Assembly (NCBI GenBank): GCA_002633005.1
Contig: NMRA01000181.1
Span: 134,959-198,958, forward strand
Origin: Phoronis australis
Lineage: Eukaryota; Animalia; Phoronida
Length of the DNA: 64,000 bases
Direction: 5' to 3'
Shown here in pieces: positions 11,201-23,500 of the stretch. Below the pieces are notes generated by a model. It was given only the letters and a program-made list of their open reading frames with translations. It ran no database searches and was not told where the DNA came from. Each line of letters starts with the position of its first letter. Position 1 is the stretch's first letter. The position numbers and the translations under genes were made by a program.

Positions 11201-14200
11201 TACAAAATTCATTGTTATTCGCGCAGAACTGCAGCTGAAGAATATACGCGAGAAAGCACAGGAGCCTGGCATCGCTCAGTCATGGAAGGAGTGGAGGACT
11301 TCTCCCCAACTCTGGCGCATGTGTAGAAGTGTCCCCGGCAAAGTGTTTTCTGCAGTTTCCATCAAATAATAGCTCGACTGTTTTTATGTTTTCCGAAGTT
11401 TTCATCCTCTCCCAAACTTGGACAAGGGGGCAACTGAACCACTCCTTTTGTCCAGTAAGTTCTACCTCCGGTCCAGATAGGAGTTAATGACGTCACCGAT
11501 GCCTCCTAATTGGTTACCTTCGTTAGGAAATGAACAAAATTTAACTTTTGAATTAGTCTAAAATTGTAAACACATAAAACTATTGATTTTTAAAAATCCT
11601 CGATGCTCAGATAATCGTATTGCCTGCACGAAAATTATGCACATACCTGCATGTACATAATCATGAGACCGGCTTTTTTTCTTAATTTTTCGTGATTTGT
11701 CTCCCATGAAACGTTCAAAATATCCCGTTTTGTTACTTTTATAATCTGTAAAAGTGAGTCTGCGATATTCTGTTCGACTTTTTAGCAGATGAAGATGTTA
11801 ACATTTCTTCAAAGAAACAAAAGTCTCGATTTTGACAGCCGAAATATCGCGCTACTAATTCCAGATTAATGTAACGGAACTTGAGAAAAAATCATTTGAT
11901 TATACACGTCTGAGCATAGCTTTCGTGTACAAAATAATATCCGGTAATCATTTAGGAGCTATGGGTCCATTGTTAATACTTCTAAGGACCGGCATTTTTA
12001 AATAATGTTTAAAATTATTATTTAAGAAATTTGGTCCTAGCTAAAGTAATCTATCATCAACGGTATCTGCTGTTTTTTGAATTAAATTGGTCGTGCCTTC
12101 CGAAGAGGGTTTAAACCACCTAACCCCCGTATTGCCACTATAGTCGGGATTCGCAATGGAGATTCCACAGTGCATGACATCCATTTCGGCTACAAACATG
12201 ACATTGTAAACTTAGAATATTTAGATATCAGATGAATCCGTGAATCGAATCATTCCATATAATGTCTTTAAGCAATCGCGCCAGGTGCGTAGCACTGGTA
12301 ATTAGTAGAAAAACACCTAAGGACACATGCACATACCATTCCAGGAATCAGACCAAAAACACGGAGGCTCTTCACATGGAATTTTAAGGTGTGAGATATC
12401 ACATTCTGAGACCGTCACATCATTTTCTTCATCGACGAAAGCTGAAGATTTCAAAACAAAAAGTAAAGATTGCAGATTAACATATGCGAACACGGGTGAC
12501 TAATAAGCACGTGGTTTAGCACAAAAGATACAACCATGAACTACATTGAACCTATATACTATACGTTAATGTGTATTGTTTTTTCATTTCAAGATTTCAG
12601 ATACGTTGTATTTTTGCTGAAGTGAGATTTGGTTATTTTTAAACATAGTTATGTGGAGCGTAAGACCACATTTCTGTCTCAAGCCTTAGGGCACTTTCAT
12701 GGGACAAATCCCTGGCAGCCACAAGGTGATAACATACAACTGCAACACGTAGACAGGTATACATGTACTGGAATTTAATGTGAACACCTTAGTTTACGAA
12801 CGTTTTGGACATAAACATGCAAATGTAGCGATCTTTCACAATGCAGAACTCACCGTTAAGAGATTCGATTTTTAAGATTACTTCCTCATTGCCATGGTTC
12901 TCAGTTTTGTTTGGCAGAAGGAGGTCTCTTATTTCCTTATCCAATGAACCACTGGCAATATTCTGCTTGAACTTTTCCGCCTCACGTCTAGTTCTTGCAA
13001 CAAATACAAGCTGAATAGATCCACATCTCCATCCTAGAAATCGAAGGCCGCGCTCTTTCAGGAAGTGAAATAAGCGAGCGAGTGTCCGTTCGTTTGAAAG
13101 GTTTTCACACATCTCATCCTCGTTTGCTTCGTCTGCAGACACCCTGAGGACCACCTTCTGACCTGAACTTGGGCACCCAGTAACTTCAGCTAAAACATAT
13201 CGCATTACTCTGGAATCAATTTAGGGATATAGTTTAGGCCGATCATCTTTTAAAAGCTAAGCCATTGTCAGTGACAGGGTATAATCTAGAAGACTGAATT
13301 TTGTTTGAAAACTGATGGACAATGTTTTTGTTAAAAACTTTGCATCAAATTGTTTTGACCATGCAACAGGTCGATTTGCATAACCCGCTAATAATCTTTA
13401 CCGAAAAGACTGTGATTTTAACCTCAGTGTTCACAGTCTAATACAAAGAAATGACAGAGAATCTAAACATAACTCCGTAACTAGCCAAATATTTTATGCA
13501 TATATTTCTGATAAAGTCACCGTCCTGGATTTCAGCGAAAAACTGGCAACTAAGGGTAGTTTGTAATCAAATAATAAAAGGCCAACGGATTTTCTTCTTA
13601 TAGCTCTGATCAAATCTATAGCACCTAGAAGTCTATCTAGGAGACAAGACTGTCAGTGACAATGACGCTGCTTACACTGCAGATGATAACGCCGGTGACG
13701 TCACTGCCAACGACGACAGCAACGCTCGGTCAGCATCGACGAGCCGACAACATCAAACCCAACTGCGGCATTGACCGAAGCCTGCACCGATAATGATAAC
13801 TATGGCAAGCAACACCATCACTGTACCATGCGAAAGACTAGAACAACACTGATGAGTTGACCGCGCATCCAGCGCCATCAGCACTGCAGGTAAATTTTCT
13901 GCAATCAAAGCAAAAATGACACTAACGATCGAGATCCCTGAAGCCAACGACATCGTTGCAATCCACAACTCCCTCACGTCCCCTCACTCTCAAAAATGGG
14001 TGATTCGTGATTACATAATGTTTCCAAAACTCTAAAATCATACTGTAAACAAAATTTTTTTTTTTTTTGTCGTTTCAGCCAGAAACAGATTTTTTCAGGT
14101 TTAATGAAAAAACAAATACACTTACACTTAAACGCACGCACGCACAAACACACACACACACACACATAATTATATACATTTACATGTATGGCGGGATGGG

Positions 14201-17200
14201 CATCCACTGAAGCCGTTAAGTACACAACAGACACTGACAACGAAACTGGCGATCACCATGTGATGATAGAGATGATCATGAAGATGAAAACATTGAAGAT
14301 GAATGCATACCTGTGCAAATATCATTTTCATCGGACGAAAAATGTCACTCGAGGCATAAGTATTATTGATCAACCAAAAGGTCAGGATCCGGCCAATAAA
14401 AGAGCAATTATCTGGCAGTAAATTTTCAAAAAAATCGAAAATAGTGAATTGGATCAAGAAACGGATAACAAATACAGATAGCGTTGACGCGATAAATCCA
14501 CAAACTAAGTTTCAGAAAGATCTGCATAAAACGTCGGAGATATGGAGGAGAAATAAATCATGTCATCGAAATTCTCAAAATATCTTGAGAACGGTAGACC
14601 TAATAGAGGAAAACAGTAGCATACATCAGATAGCTAAAATTGTCATCAAACAAGTATAAATCTCAAATATCTCAAGAATGGTAATGCGAAGAGTGAAAGT
14701 TAATGGATCCCACGGATAGCGCATTGTGAGGTGACTCCACATACAAACACTCAAAAATATCCGACAATGGACGACAGTTATACGCAAGCATAACAATAAA
14801 AAAACTCCTACCAGAGCGCCATTTTGCGCCCAATTTGAACTAAAAACACCAGACCTCGAGCAATCACCGATAAACGTGTTGTGTGTAAATTTCACTTCAA
14901 TCCGTTGTACGAATAGTAGGTAGTTAATAGAACCCATGGTTTTCTTGAACCGTACAGCCTGAGAAAGCATCAGTGTCAAAGCGTAGTCACCAGTAAGTAA
15001 ATGTCGAATAACTCGAGAACATTAAGCTAGAATCAGAACTGCAGTTCTCTTAACTTTTGTAGATTAGTTAAAGGACGCCGTACCTACGGCACAAGATGTC
15101 ACATGAAATAAAAGCACATTCATCAGAAAACCTCAAGTAACTCGAAAACGATAAAGCACAGTGAGAAGCAAGTCCGATAGTCGTTGGCGGGATCTATCTA
15201 CGCAGAAGAATGGTCAAAGGGCCGCCGATCTACAACTTTGCGGCGAAGAGAAATTATGAAAAATGACCGCCCCCCACCACCTCTGGATCGAAATCACAAA
15301 AGAACAACAGGCGTCGAGTTGTGCTATTTTCATGTAGATCGGGCGAAAAATGCAATCTATTGTATGCTTATAGACAAACAAAAAAGAAACTATGACAAAG
15401 CAACATACCAAATAATAATCCACTTAGCATCCTTATCGAAACATAGCTGGAGACACACGTTGAATGACTCATTAAATGAGACAGTTGAATAAACTAGCTT
15501 AGGACATGGGTGAAGGGAGACAAATAAGCGACAGCTGTGGTATTTTTTAAAGGTGGGCTGTAATGAATTAAAAAAACGTGTTACCCGTACTACACAGCTC
15601 ATGCGCTTATGAAACAAAGTTTTTCACAGGCCCGTAAACTTGTCAGTGGTGGTACATGCAAAACGATCGACTTACGAACAGAGAAAGCACGGCTCACGGA
15701 ATCCGGCTCAAGGATCATGCAACCATAACGAATATAGAATTGAAGCCACATCAATCTTCGCTCACACCCCGTCTTAAAATCTAGTTCATTAATGATTTAA
15801 GTCTAATTACTCAGCTTCTCAAGTGTTTTGATTCTCATCACGGTACAATTTGACACACAGACGTAGGGGAGACCGTGGTTAGTTCGATCCCATTTTCAAA
15901 AAATATAAATTTCTCACCAAATCTCAGCTTCATTTGTGAAAACTGATTGAAACTTAAAGAAATTTCAGGGAGTCTTTTTGGGATATGCAGTTAACGATTT
16001 CACTACAATCATGAGTGCAGTTAGCATTCGAATTGAACAGATCCGGTCGAACTTACCCCATTGCGGAGCAAGTCTGACCAACCTGGGGGTAACTTCAGCC
16101 CACATGATTCCGTACTTTGACTCGTGGTTTCACAAACTCTTCATAATTTTGACAAGTGGGTACCAACGCTGTGCTTTTTAGGCTAAATATGCCCAATTTC
16201 TGAACACGACCCTCGGCCAAACTAACCCCGGCCTCACTGAATAAACCTAGACACTTGCATACTCTGTAAATATAGAGAGGGTTATTCTTATCAACATATG
16301 CCAACTAGGAATAGGAATTATAGAGATATTTTAATTGTAACCTGTTGGGTCTACATGTATATAGTGCTTTAAAAGGGCGTTTACGTTACCTTTTATGGGT
16401 TTTCCCTGGTTGCGGTAACAGCGTACTTCATGGTGCACAGTATTCATTGTATTTCGGGACCCAATCTGTAAACACCGCTGTTCCCTCATGGCGACGTTGT
16501 CAGCTTCGACAGTTCTTCCCGTATGGCGTTCTATGCAAAAAAATAATAATAAGCAACAACAGCTTCAGAGGGGAAANGAGCTGAGAGGAAGTGTGTGAGG
16601 AAAGAAATGAGGAAGGGAAGGAGGGAAGTATAGACATAGTTGTACAGCATACTGAAAATAAGAGGCTAAAGTTGAGCAAATGTAAACCTTTGCAAAGCAC
16701 GAAAATTGAATTTAGCAAGAACCTTTTGTGAGACGCTAAGTAAGAGTATTCTTCAGACATTTTTCAACGCCTGGAAATTTTATTTGGTAGTACATGGGCG
16801 GCGCACCATCGGGTGCTGTGGGGAGGCTATAGCCCACCACTTATTTCAGTATTGCGCCGCCCATGTATTACGCCTGTATTAGTAGTGCCTTTATTTCATG
16901 TCATGTAAGAACAAAACAATAAACACGATATTGAATTAGGGAAGCTCCCGTGATCAGGACTTTACCGTCCGCTGACCACAGGGCCACCAAGGAATTATAC
17001 AAAGGCAATTATAAACACTAGAATAAAAGATTCAAAGTAGATATGGCGAACAAATAAACAGACACGACAATGAAATTTTCACTCACAAAGCAATTAATAT
17101 TGATAACATTTATTTAAGACAGAAACAAATAACAATGAATGATATATTGTCGAAGTTGGATTACTTGAAAGGACACCAAACGCGGTTTTGCCTCTAACAG

Positions 17201-20200
17201 ATATTAAAACCGCATTTCCCATACAGTTTTCTAAAACAAAATAATGCTCGCCAACCTTGAAAAGTTTGGAGCAAAATCTTCTAAATTGGCAAGTGTAACC
17301 TACGCTTTGAACAAGTTACCCGGCAGCTCTAGGGAAACAAGACCCACCGAGAACCACCATATCTAACACGTCACGTAACATAGCGAGTACGAGTTTTTAG
17401 TTCAATCCTGTTTTTATCACTCCAGTGGTACGCAAATGATGCATTAGCAGTCGAGGATTGGTTGAAATCACCAAAACACAGTTTAGTATCCTTTTAACTC
17501 ATTTCAGCTAGTTGGCAACATAGGCGGATTTAGGGGGGGGGGAGGGAAAGGGCCCGCCCCTACCCCCTTGGCTGGTGCAAGCCAAGGTGAAGAAATGTCG
17601 AGTGAACCAATCTGGCAGCGGGGGGCCCAGAGCGCGGCGGAATTGTGTTCCCGTTTTTTTAGTCCTCCGATAGAATTTGGGTACACCAGGTCCCAGGACC
17701 ACATCGCCAGCCCCCGCAACTTTCGGACCTCCTGTGCATACAATCCCGCTTTGCCCAATTCTCCGAGGCAATATCTTGGGCCCCCTTCTGGTATCCTAGA
17801 TCCGCCACTGGGCAATGGGTGACACTCATCGAAGCAACAATTTCTAAATTAACAGATTACACTACAGGGAGAATATGTATAAATCTTGTCAAGGACGCAA
17901 CATGGTTCACTGTTTATAAGGTTTAAGTAAAACATTGTGCAGAGAATTTTCAAAAAGATTTTTAGGGCAGAAGTATAATCGTGGGAAATGAACTGCGTAA
18001 AGGATTACCAAGCTGAAAAATGGTGAAACTTGATTATCGATTCTTACCTAGTAGATTATTAATCTCAATTGCGAATAATTCCAAATTCTCCGGTGTCACT
18101 GGAATTTCACACTTACGAAACTTCACCAATAGTTCATCACAAGTGATAAGCAGTGCTTGGGTTGGACAGGACGTCGACTGCGATGACCCTACAAACAAAA
18201 ATTTGAATGAAATCAAAACAGAACACCTGTAATGCTACTGTGGCATGGATGTTGTTTCTGAGTTCAAACTCGGGCTAAAAAATATTGTGTCTTATTGGGT
18301 CAAAGACAAACATTTTGTACGCAATAACCCTTTTGAGGAAAAACATGTTTGCATCAAAACTTTTGGAACGTCAGTGTTCAAATGTACGGTATATGATACA
18401 CAAATACATCACCGTGTTTTCTTTTAATCAACGTGATGATGGTACAATTCCCTAGACCTGATACCAAGGATGAACCACGTATTTAGCCAACAAACACACA
18501 TGGCCACTTTGCTTAACACATAGCTCATATTCTACGTCTAGTGAATTGCGGTGGTGACACAACTTGTACGATTAGTTTTACCTAGCAAATTCAAAGCATC
18601 GGTGAATGCGATTCTATGTATTTAGCAAATCAGTTTTCGAATCTCATGACCAAGAACATAGCTCATCGAAAGCGCAGGCTCTAACTACTCATTATAATCA
18701 CAGTATTTTAAGTTGCAAGCAGCTAGATTTCTGTCATTCAGTAGGTAAATAGGTAAATAAAATAACAAGAATGGATCAACAGAAATTTTCGGATATAATA
18801 ACGTCCTTCGTCAACAGAAACAGAAATAAAGTAAAATCAAACACTATATGACAATTGACATTTAAGATGTGGCGTAATGAATATCATACACTGTTGCGGA
18901 AAAAAATCAATGATATAATTTAAGAAGTATAATAACGTAGGAAATATATCTGAAACTACATAAGGCGATCCAGATCCTCCCAAGGATACTATTGTTTCAT
19001 GAAATGTAGAATATAAATCGGTAAATAAAACAACAAGAATGGATCAACTGAAATTTGAAATTTTCGGATGTAATAACTTCCTTTGTCAACAAAAACAGAA
19101 ATAAAGTAAAATCAAACACAAAATTACAATTGACGTATAAGATATGGTGTAATGAATATGTTACATTTTTGCGTAAAAAATTCAATGATATATTTTAAGA
19201 AGTTTTTATGTTCAATCCATGAGGTTCTATTGTATTAAGTTTTATCTATCCAATATTGTTCTCTTTTGAGTCTGTGAGGGGTACTGGGGTGTTGGAGTTT
19301 TTCTATTATTTGTACAGAAAGATCTTGAATATTATGGTTTTTGGAATTGAAATGATTACCTATAGTATCAGAAATGTTTTTATATATTATGTTAAATCTA
19401 TGATTACGAAACCGAGTTTGTAGATTATGTTGAGTTTGTCCTACGTATTGGATAGAACATTTTTTTACAAGTTATAAGGTAAATAATATTGTTGGTGGTG
19501 CAATCAGAATAATGTTTTATTTCAAAATTTTCATTGCTTTGGGAAGACTGGAAAAAGTGCTATCGTTGATAAAGATACACATTTTACACCTAGTTTTGTT
19601 ACATTGTGTGTTGCCAATAGGTTTGTCAGTTTGGTGTATATTGTCGATATTAGCTTTAACTAAATAATTTTTTAGACTTTTACATTTTCTCCAAGAAATT
19701 ATAGGTGGATGAGGAAATAAGTTTTTCATTTGAGGGGAAATATGCAGCGTAGAAAGATGTTTTTTGGAGACGTGGTTAATTTCGTTTAAACATGGATTGA
19801 ACATAGTTATGAATGGTATTCTATCATGGATTGAACATAGTTATGAATGGTATTCATAACTATGTTCAAGAAGTTTAATATAATTTTTTCCGCAACAATG
19901 TATCACATTCATTAGGCCACATCTTAAATGTCAATTGTCACATAGTGTTTGATTTTACTTTATTTCTGTTTCTGTTGACGAAGGACGTTATTACATCCGA
20001 AAATTTCAGTTGATCCATTCTTGTTGTTTTATTTGCCTATTTATATTCTACATTTCGTGAAACAACAGTATCGTTGGGAGGATCTGGATCGCCATATTTA
20101 GTTTCAGATTTATTTTCTACGTTATTTGTCATTCAATAGAAATAGAAAAGTGTGACGTCACCGTACCGAGATAGTTCAGGGGATTTCGCCATATTGGTTC

Positions 20201-20546
20201 TATCTCTTGCCACTTCTCTATGGGAAGTTACATTGTACATTAGATCAAAAGTTGTAACTGTACGATCCCAAGTTAATCTTTGTTTTAGAAAAAAAAAACT
20301 GGCCAGTTAATACTAATCTGTTCAATCCACCGATGATTTGGATGAGTTTCAGATTTTAAAATGTGAGTTTTCGTTGAATTTTATCGGCTTGATTAAATGC
20401 TTAGAACAAGTGAACACTATTAGGCTATATCATATTGTTTGTGTGGAAATGAACTATTTGCAAGGGGTGTGACGCATTCACTTACTTTCCGTCTCTGTTT
20501 TGCAGCCTTTGTAACAGACAAGAATACATACACACATACACACACA

Positions 20547-20579
<33 letters not shown>

Positions 20580-23500
20580 NTACATACATACATACATATA
20601 AAACAGTATAAGAGAAGCATGGTACGAAAAGTAGCAGTTGGCATCACAAACGTAACCTCTTATACCCACCGATCGCTTCGCAGATTGTTAACTCCAGTTC
20701 TCCGTTCACTTCATTCCAAAGACTCGCATCTTTTGTAGCGAATATTTCGGCAAATTGTTGTTGAAGTTGACCGTCTTCAACTCCCCGTCGAAATCTATCA
20801 GTGGCTTCACGAGTTTTACCTTCTATTAAAATCTCAAGGCCTCCATGGGGTGCCTCCCGTAATTTAAAAATCCTGAGTTTATCGGACGAAACCCTTCCCA
20901 CTATTTGGCACAATGCATTTAAAATATTTGGATTTTTTTTATTTGCAATACAGTCTTGTAAAATCCAAAAATAAAACGAGGTATTTCTCGACTTCATTTT
21001 CTTATCGCCTAAGGAGACATCCAACACAACGGTTTCCGGATAATCTGCCTCGTGACGATCAAACTCAACTGAAAAAAAAATCTTGCTTTTATTTGAGTTG
21101 CGATCTCACCGCACACTTACGTACACTTTGAAACGCAAAACAATAATTCCTTACTCACGTTAACAGTGCAAGAAATGAGCTACTTAAATTTAAAAAATTC
21201 AAAAGATGAAAGAACAGAGAGAAAGCCTGGTAGTCAATCACATACATGTACTAACACTTAATGATTCTTAATGACAAAGTGATTTCCACTTTCAAGAAGA
21301 ATCCGATGACAGTATGAATGTTTAAGAAAGTTCTTCTGAGTTTCCATTAATTTCTCATTCTCACGGGCAGGCCCTTGTGGCCTGTGCACTTCCGGTGCAA
21401 CTTGAGCATGGCACAAACTGCAGTATGCAATAGTCGGCCAGGTTGCGTTTAACATTTCATTTGTTCCAGCAAAATTCCAGAAAGTATAAACTTTTTGGTT
21501 CCAGCATGATAACGGGTTTCAAAGATGGACTTAGCTGTAAGACAGGTACATGTACCGTTAGCAGTGGCAAACACAGAATTATTTACCTTCCGGACATTTG
21601 TTGAGGATTTCGGTGACACTGACATTCTGGATATTCACGCAGTTGCCATCCCCAATCTGTAAATACGTGAAGCTGTCGGCCAATACATTCCGATTGTTTT
21701 GGCCTGGTCCTTCGTTATCGATCACTGTAAAAGTATGAAACATTTGCAAAAATAAATTGGACACCAACCACATTTCCATTTGAGACGCCGTATACGTCAA
21801 TCTCGTCACGTTACACCAACTGAGGTATATGGACAGACAATATGAAATTTTACAAGACATTTTTTCCTCAACCTACGTGACGTTGTTACCCCTCGCATTT
21901 AAACTCAGTCACCAAGGCCCTCTGATCGACATTGAAGCTCAAACATGGAATAGACAAAAACCCAAAATAAGGTCGAAGCCCCACACAGTAAACACCGAAT
22001 TAATCCATAGCAGCATATCCTTTTAAAACAGCTTCTTCCATACTGTCCGAAAAACCTGATTTACGCAGCGAAATGAAAATTTGCAGATATTATCGAGTTC
22101 CTATCATCAAGACTCAAGGAAATACGTAGTCACAACACGCGCCAAGTACTGAGACAGGGACAACTCAGTATATGAGCGGTTACCTAGGAAATAAGCAAAT
22201 CAGCAACAACATCCTAAGAAAGGAGAACGTCAGAAGGGCATACTCAACAAAGTATTCGTCGAAACGCAAACCACATGTAGGAAAGGAATATAAAATAGTA
22301 ACCAAGTTGTACCAGATATGCCAAGGTCTTTCAGGCAGGCCCATTGCACTGATCACCTGGAGATATTTTCGTGCTTTATTGATACATAGTCACAGCCAAA
22401 ATATTATGCCAGCGACTTCAAAAATGGTCGAAAAGAGAACACGTAATTAGTATGTCTGCGTTAAGGGAAAAGGCACAGTACGGTGGATCATATGTTTTGC
22501 TTTATATACTTAATAATTATATATTTGTTACGAGAGAAAGGTGGATTCTATTGTGATTTATTAGATTTAAAGCCTCTATCGACAGTATATGTATAGAAGC
22601 GCATTATATTTTAAATTAAAGAAAAATTGCATAACACTAGGTGGATTTACGGAGGGGGGGGGGGTGAGGGGCAGCCCCCCCTTGGGTGCCGCAAAAAGTA
22701 AAACAGCAAGACCGTGAGGAAATTTCGAGTTCAATATGAACACCGATAATTAACATGCGGCTGAGTGGGAGGGGGGGGGGCTCAGACCGGATCGCAAGTG
22801 TCCGGCTTAGACGTTCTGGGTTGTAATTGTTTTCCCGTCTTTATTATTTTAGTCCTCCGTCAGCTTTTTATTAGAAAGATCCGAGGTACAGAAATTCGAG
22901 CCCACTTAACTTTCAAGCTGGATGTGCACATGTGATCGTACTTTGCGCAATTATCCAAGACGAAATGTTGGGCCCCCTCTTATGATATCCTAGATCCGCC
23001 ACTGCATAAAAAGTAAGATGTACAAGATAATCAAAGCAATGTACGCGGAAGTAAAAGCGTGCGTGACATTGAATAATGGGAGCTATACGGAGTTTTTTCC
23101 TTGTCAGAATGGTCTAAAACAAGGCTCTCATCTATCACCGTTTTTGTTTATTTTATTTATAAATGATTTAGAGCAATAATTAAAGTCCGGTGTGTTAGGT
23201 CATGTTTCGAGTCAAATATCATTTTCTTAACGAATTTCTATTCTACAATGACCTTAGGAAACGGTTTTGCCTGCATGTAGCTACATAACAGTCAGCGTGT
23301 TACAAAATTCAGACTTATGTCTATGGAGCAAAAAGATCTTAGTCACATGTAAATATGTTCATTTCGCATTCACGCGAAGAAAAGCTCGCGTTACTTTTAG
23401 TGTTTGACACTTACCTGTATTGTACTTGATGATGTGATTGCAGTATATTTATATAATTAAAACCGAGCTGAAGAGCAAGAGACCCATGAGCGGCGCAGCA

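Noticed and set aside
13190-13285. Longer 5' extension of the second TRADD-N-like exon from an acceptor near 13285
   Set aside because: Contains two in-frame stops; the acceptor at 13189 gives a clean phase-1 exon.
13680-15500. Several short ORFs, including LCYFHVDRAKNAIYC resembling a gag knuckle
   Set aside because: No RT or integrase motifs, LTRs or continuous frame could be found.
21864-21945. Possible extra exon upstream of the RHIM exon
   Set aside because: Stops in all three minus-strand frames.
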